Assembly: GCF_001194135.2 (NCBI RefSeq)
Contig: NC_068986.1
Coordinates: forward strand, 73,227,661 to 73,265,162
Direction of reading: 5' to 3'
DNA length: 37,502 nucleotides
Source of the DNA: Octopus bimaculoides
Taxonomy: Eukaryota
The notes under the pieces were generated by a model, which saw only the letters and a list, made by a program, of their open reading frames with translations, was not told where the DNA came from and searched no databases. Position 1 is the stretch's first letter. Every line of letters begins with the position of its first letter. Below, one piece after another: positions 35,300 to 37,502 of this stretch. The position numbers and the translations under genes are program-made.

Positions 35300-37109
35300 T
35301 GGAATTTAGCCAAAAGAAATGTTCATATTTGGTTATAGAACGAGGAAGCCCCAAACCCAAAACCTGTGCTTTTCTTTTCTACTCTAGACACAAGGTCCAA
35401 AATTTTTTGGGAGAGAACCAGTCGATTAGATCAACCCCAGTACGTAACTGGTACTTAATTTATCGACCCTGAAAGGATGAAAAGCAAAGTCGACCTCGGT
35501 GGAATTTGAACTCAGAACGTAAAGACAGACGAAATACCACTAATAATTTTACCCAGCATGCTAACGTTTCTGCCAGCTCACCGCCTTAAACCTGTGCATC
35601 AACCGTCTCTTTATCTCCCCCATTTCACACAAAGAATGTTACAAGTGCCTAGGCATAAACGAAAATGTATCATATGAAGACACTAAATAAAAATAGTGAC
35701 GCGAAAATATTACACCAGAAAATATGGCAGTCGGAACTCTGCTCTGATAACAAAACAATATCCCACAATGCATTTACAGTACCAGGGCTGAACCCAACAT
35801 TTGAGATACTTGATTGGTGTGTTGAGGAAATCCACTCCATAGATATCAAAACTCGCAAAATGCTGACAACAACTGGGAACTTCCACTGAAACAATGATGT
35901 TGACAGGCTCTACCTAAGAAGAAATGAAGGTGGTAGAGGCCTGAGATCAGTGCAGACGTGCTTCGAATGCTGTATGATATCACTCAGGCAGCACCTGCTA
36001 AACAACAGCAGCAAAAATAAATATATAAATGTAGTGCTGAAAAGTGAAGTGAGCAGCACTGTACGAGTTGGCAGTGAACTCCTCAAGAAATACTCTCTTC
36101 CTGATGATATCCTATACAGCCTCAAAACAGCTAGTCTCTCTTACCTCAGAGAAGATCTGGAGGGAAAGCACTTGGCATACAGAAAAAAAAACAACGACGA
36201 ACAAACAAAAAACAACTATACATGAATATGTTGCCCGGAAGCTTGAAGAAGACAGCAGAATTGACACGAAGCGCAGCCTCTGTTGGACACAAGACCACTA
36301 CATCACATAACACTTTGAAGGCTATGCGTTTGCAATCCTGGAACAGGAGTTTGCCACAAAGTACCTGGTGAAAAAGAGAGACAGTGACGCTCTTCTGATC
36401 CCAAGGTGCAACCGCATGTGTAGGCTATGTCATGTTTCTTTGAAAGACATCACGCATGTGATTAGGAGCTGTCCTAAAATGTCGTCGAGGTACTACCTTC
36501 CTGTGCAGCATGATGTTGTTAGTAAAACAATTTACTATGCCATCAGCAAAAAAAAGGACTGTCCTGAAATAAACTTAGAAAATCCCTCTGTTATGGAATA
36601 CATTCATAAACACCAACTCAAGGAATCCTGGTGGAATATTCCCATCAAAACCTCTGGCAAATGTAAACATAACTGGCCAGATATTGTTGTTTGGGACAGC
36701 GGGGCAAAGGTATGTATCATCATAGAGGTTAGCTGCCCTGCAGATATAAATATCTCTTTGAAAAGCAAAGAAAAAGAGGATATTTATGGACAACTGCTTC
36801 GAAACCTCCAGCTTCTATATCCAGGCTATGAATTCATATTCATACTAATAATAATTGGAGCACTAAGTTTTGTTAGTAAATGCTTAAAGATGAATCTGGA
36901 TAAACTGAGATTTTCAGAAAGAGAAATCGACCGGCTAATTCGTACAAGTGCAATCTGTGAGTGGAACAGTAAAAATATGCACGACTTTTCTCAAGTTCCA
37001 AATGTGAATTTGTCTGTTTTATCTACATCCCAAAGATGGAGATTTGTATCTTTGTTGGAAACCGGCTCCCTGCGCAGTGGAAGATTTATGATATTTAAAA
37101 GATAGAAGA
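35300..37109 (+). mobile_element. 5'-truncated R4/Dong-type retrotransposon (end of RT, CCHC, RLE), family D, defective
   Basis: KKCSYLVIERG, ECYKCLGINEN, DVDRLYLRRNEGGRGL, CRLC..KDITHVIRSC and WPDIVV..IEVSCPAD. Multiple stops and frameshifts. The 3' end runs into CATACATA at 37110. Confidence 0.9.
35370..35587 (-). mobile_element. Full-length S1 SINE inserted into the Dong-type RT region, 10-bp TSD
   Basis: Minus strand AAGGCGGTGAGCTGGCAGAAACGTTAGC..GAGTTCAAATTCC. TSD AAACCTGTGC at 35360-35369 and 35588-35597. Confidence 0.92.
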
Positions 37110-37171
37110 CATACATATGTGCGTACGTAGTGTGTGTGTGTGTGTGTGTGTGTGACTATATATATATATAT
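37110..37171. repeat. Compound CATA/(GT)/(TA) microsatellite between two convergent retroelement 3' ends
   Basis: Read directly from the sequence. Confidence 0.9.
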
Positions 37172-37502
37172 GGTGGTTGTCTACTCCTTAAACAGAGTTT
37201 GACCACCTCCTGCACCTACACCTTAGCCCTTTCATGGCGTCTGATGTGGCTTTTTAAACCAGACAGTGTTTTGAAAAAACACCCACACAGATTGCACCTC
37301 TGATTTGCACTACCAATACCTGCAAGTAAGTTCTGCTCATTGTGGATCCTAACATGTCTTTGAAGACCCCCATTGGATTTGCAAACCCTCTGGCACACAC
37401 CACATTCAAACGTGTGCACAGACATATAATCAGAATAGCTGGGTGAGGTTTGTTTTTCATGGGTTCGCAGGTGAGATTTGAGGCCAGCCAAGGACAGACA
37501 TG
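37172..37502 (-). mobile_element. C2H2 zinc-finger-encoding 3' end, probably RTE-like LINE ORF2 C-terminus (continues beyond window)
   Basis: ORF 37216-37491 has one partial and two complete fingers (CGVCQRVCKSNGGLQRHVRIH, CNLCGCFFKTLSGLKSHIRRH) without TGEKP linkers. A stop, ~45-nt 3' UTR and microsatellite follow. Confidence 0.6.

Overview
This is an AT-rich, gapped (9 N-runs) animal genomic window with no recognisable intact host gene. It is almost entirely transposon remnants and microsatellites. The SINE families, microsatellite density and TTAGGG motifs suggest an octopod cephalopod; this is inference from pattern recall, not a database result. Supported elements: five fragments of restriction-like-endonuclease (R4/Dong-type) non-LTR retrotransposons abutting (CATA)n or (TAA)n tracts; an L1/Tx1-type ORF1 and a separate RT-deleted ORF2; CR1/L2-type endonuclease and RNase H LINE fragments; a C2H2 zinc-finger 3' end, probably from an RTE-like LINE; a Helitron helicase remnant; a near full-length mariner with TIRs and TA target duplication; several MITEs; and two tRNA-derived SINE groups. 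The best-supported unusual observation lies at 29.6-32.0 kb. Two ~99% identical GG-ended MITEs in inverted orientation have exchanged their 8-bp target-site duplications and split two older hAT MITEs. This indicates that the 1-kb spacer is inverted, either biologically or by mis-assembly. Next are stacks of microsatellite-targeting retroelements, including an unexplained ~550-bp non-coding (TAA)n-bounded element. All coordinates and identities were read by eye.
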